Below are positions 43,505 through 44,197 of a DNA stretch of 44,197 nt, piece by piece. Each line of letters starts with the position of its first letter. Position 1 is the first letter of the stretch. The stretch lies in the UHGV virus genome UHGV-0105297; one strand, given 5' to 3'. Source of the stretch: a virus. The notes under the pieces were generated by a model. The model was not told the DNA's origin. It was given only the letters and a program-made list of their open reading frames with translations, and made no database searches. The position numbers were made by a program, and so were the translations under genes.

Positions 43505-43523
43505 CTGACAACCCCCACGAAGA
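43505..43523 (+). promoter_or_regulatory. Late motif CTGACAACCCCCACGAAGA (copy 5), intergenic V-W, 33 nt upstream of the gpW start
   Basis: Perfect 19-mer, followed by a short CCCCCACG...CGTGGGGG hairpin. Confidence 0.45.
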
Positions 43524-43556
43524 TGAACGCCCGTCCGTGGGGGCATTATCGAGCCT

Positions 43557-43895
43557 ATGAACGGAACAGACGCGAACACCGGGAAACCGCTGGATGGCCT
43601 GGCGCATCTTCAGCAATCAATAAAAGACATACTCACGACCCCGATTGGCTCGCGAGTGATGCGGCGCGACTACGGCAGCCGATTGCCGCGCCTAGTTGAC
43701 GCACCAATGAACCGGGCCACGCTGATTGACCTGTACGCAGCGACCGCAGAAGCGCTGCTAACCTGGGAACCGCGTTTCAGCGTTCAGCAGGTTGTTGCCG
43801 TATCAGCGGCACCAGGGCGCGTGGAATTGATGGTCACCGGCGAATACCTGCCGGATGGCCAACAGGTAACGATTGATGGAATAGTGGTGACATAA
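43557..43895 (+). CDS. Baseplate protein W (GPW/gp25 family)
   Basis: 112 aa. 'LQQSIKDILTTPIGSRVMRRDYGSRL' matches the GPW_gp25 lysozyme-like family. Confidence 0.8.
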   Translation: MNGTDANTGKPLDGLAHLQQSIKDILTTPIGSRVMRRDYGSRLPRLVDAPMNRATLIDLYAATAEALLTWEPRFSVQQVVAVSAAPGRVELMVTGEYLPDGQQVTIDGIVVT

Positions 43896-43897
43896 TG

Positions 43898-44197
43898 GCC
43901 GGTGCATTCACCGTTGTTGATTTATCACAATTGCCAGCGCCTAACGTTGTTGAGCAGCTGGATTTTGAAACGATTCTGGCCGCAATGATTGCGGATCTAC
44001 AGAGTCGTGATCCTGATTTTACTGCGCTGGTGGAATCCGACCCCGCATATAAGATTTTAGAAGTCTGCGCCTACCGTGAATTGCTTATCCGCCAGCGCGT
44101 GAATGAGGCCGCGCAGGGTGTGATGTTGGCTTACGCTACTGGCGCAGATCTGGACCAGCTTGGCGCAAACGTAGGCGTTCAGCGCCTGGTTATCACA
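43898..44197 (+). CDS. Baseplate assembly protein J, N-terminal 100 codons (continues in frame at nt 1 if circular)
   Basis: ATG overlaps the W stop. Frame is open to the last base of the window, ending on a complete codon. Joined with 1-600 this gives 300 aa (P2 gpJ is ~302 aa). Confidence 0.8.

Noticed and set aside
1-44197. CRISPR arrays, insertion sequences or transposases
   Set aside because: No regularly spaced direct repeats with unique spacers, no terminal inverted repeats flanking a transposase-like ORF. The only repeat arrays are the iterons (31505-31776) and short arm-type repeats.

Overview
This window reads as one complete temperate tailed-phage genome of about 44.2 kb, with no flanking bacterial chromosome. 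Joining the last 300 nt to the first 600 nt in frame gives a single 300-aa P2 gpJ-like baseplate protein, so the sequence is most likely a circular or circularly permuted genome opened inside gene J. The gene order is as follows.

- **Tail (P2-like), nt 1-12430:** baseplate J (C-terminal part) and I; a long tail fiber/tailspike with a C-terminal SGNH/GDSL esterase domain; a gpH-like fiber with a collar domain; a fiber assembly chaperone; a glycine-rich gene broken by an in-frame stop; then sheath, tube, E/E' (with a -1 frameshift site), tape measure, U, X and D.
- **Cargo 'hotspot', nt 12431-15550, between gpD and the integrase:** this is the position where P2 carries old. It holds an unrecognisable 372-aa protein, a DGQHR-motif ParB/DndB-like protein, a 95-aa protein, a small lipoprotein and a MazG-like NTP pyrophosphohydrolase. 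I rank it as the most likely place for an undescribed (defense or exclusion) system.
- **Integration region:** a complete phage-borne tRNA-Arg(UCU) on the minus strand, two pairs of 12-bp arm-type direct repeats bracketing a putative attP core, and a tyrosine integrase.
- **Leftward early operon, nt 17516-21983:** SprT-like metalloprotease, SSB, TraR/DksA-like Zn finger, AlpA/Xis-like HTH, Sak4-like AAA ATPase and a RecE-like exonuclease.
- **Rightward early/replication operon:** SF2 DEAH helicase, VRR-NUC nuclease, several small ORFs and a Toprim primase fused to a VirE-like P-loop domain.
- **DNA-modification candidate:** a YhhQ (queuosine-precursor transporter) homolog translationally coupled to a TGT-like/DpdA-like protein. 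This pair is a candidate 7-deazaguanine genome-modification module that would salvage host preQ0/preQ1.
- **Iterons and late control:** an iteron-rich AT-rich region (11 GGGAC-core copies) lies upstream of a Mor/C-like late activator.
- **Lysis and head:** lambda-like lysis cassette (S-like holin, second membrane protein, R lytic transglycosylase, Rz with embedded Rz1); lambda-like Nu1/gpA terminase with a possible cos region; portal; an HK97-type prohead protease fused to the major capsid protein with an internal restart; head completion and tail completion genes; baseplate V, W and the N-terminal part of J.

Three DNA-level signals stand out. A 17-19-nt motif (CTGACAACCCCCACGAAGA) occurs five times, in coding and non-coding sequence, always 33-103 nt upstream of late-gene starts. 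A ~57-bp promoter-plus-palindromic-operator cassette is duplicated. The oriented 11-mer ACAATCATTGT is over-represented, and a 14-16-bp palindrome occurs twice.
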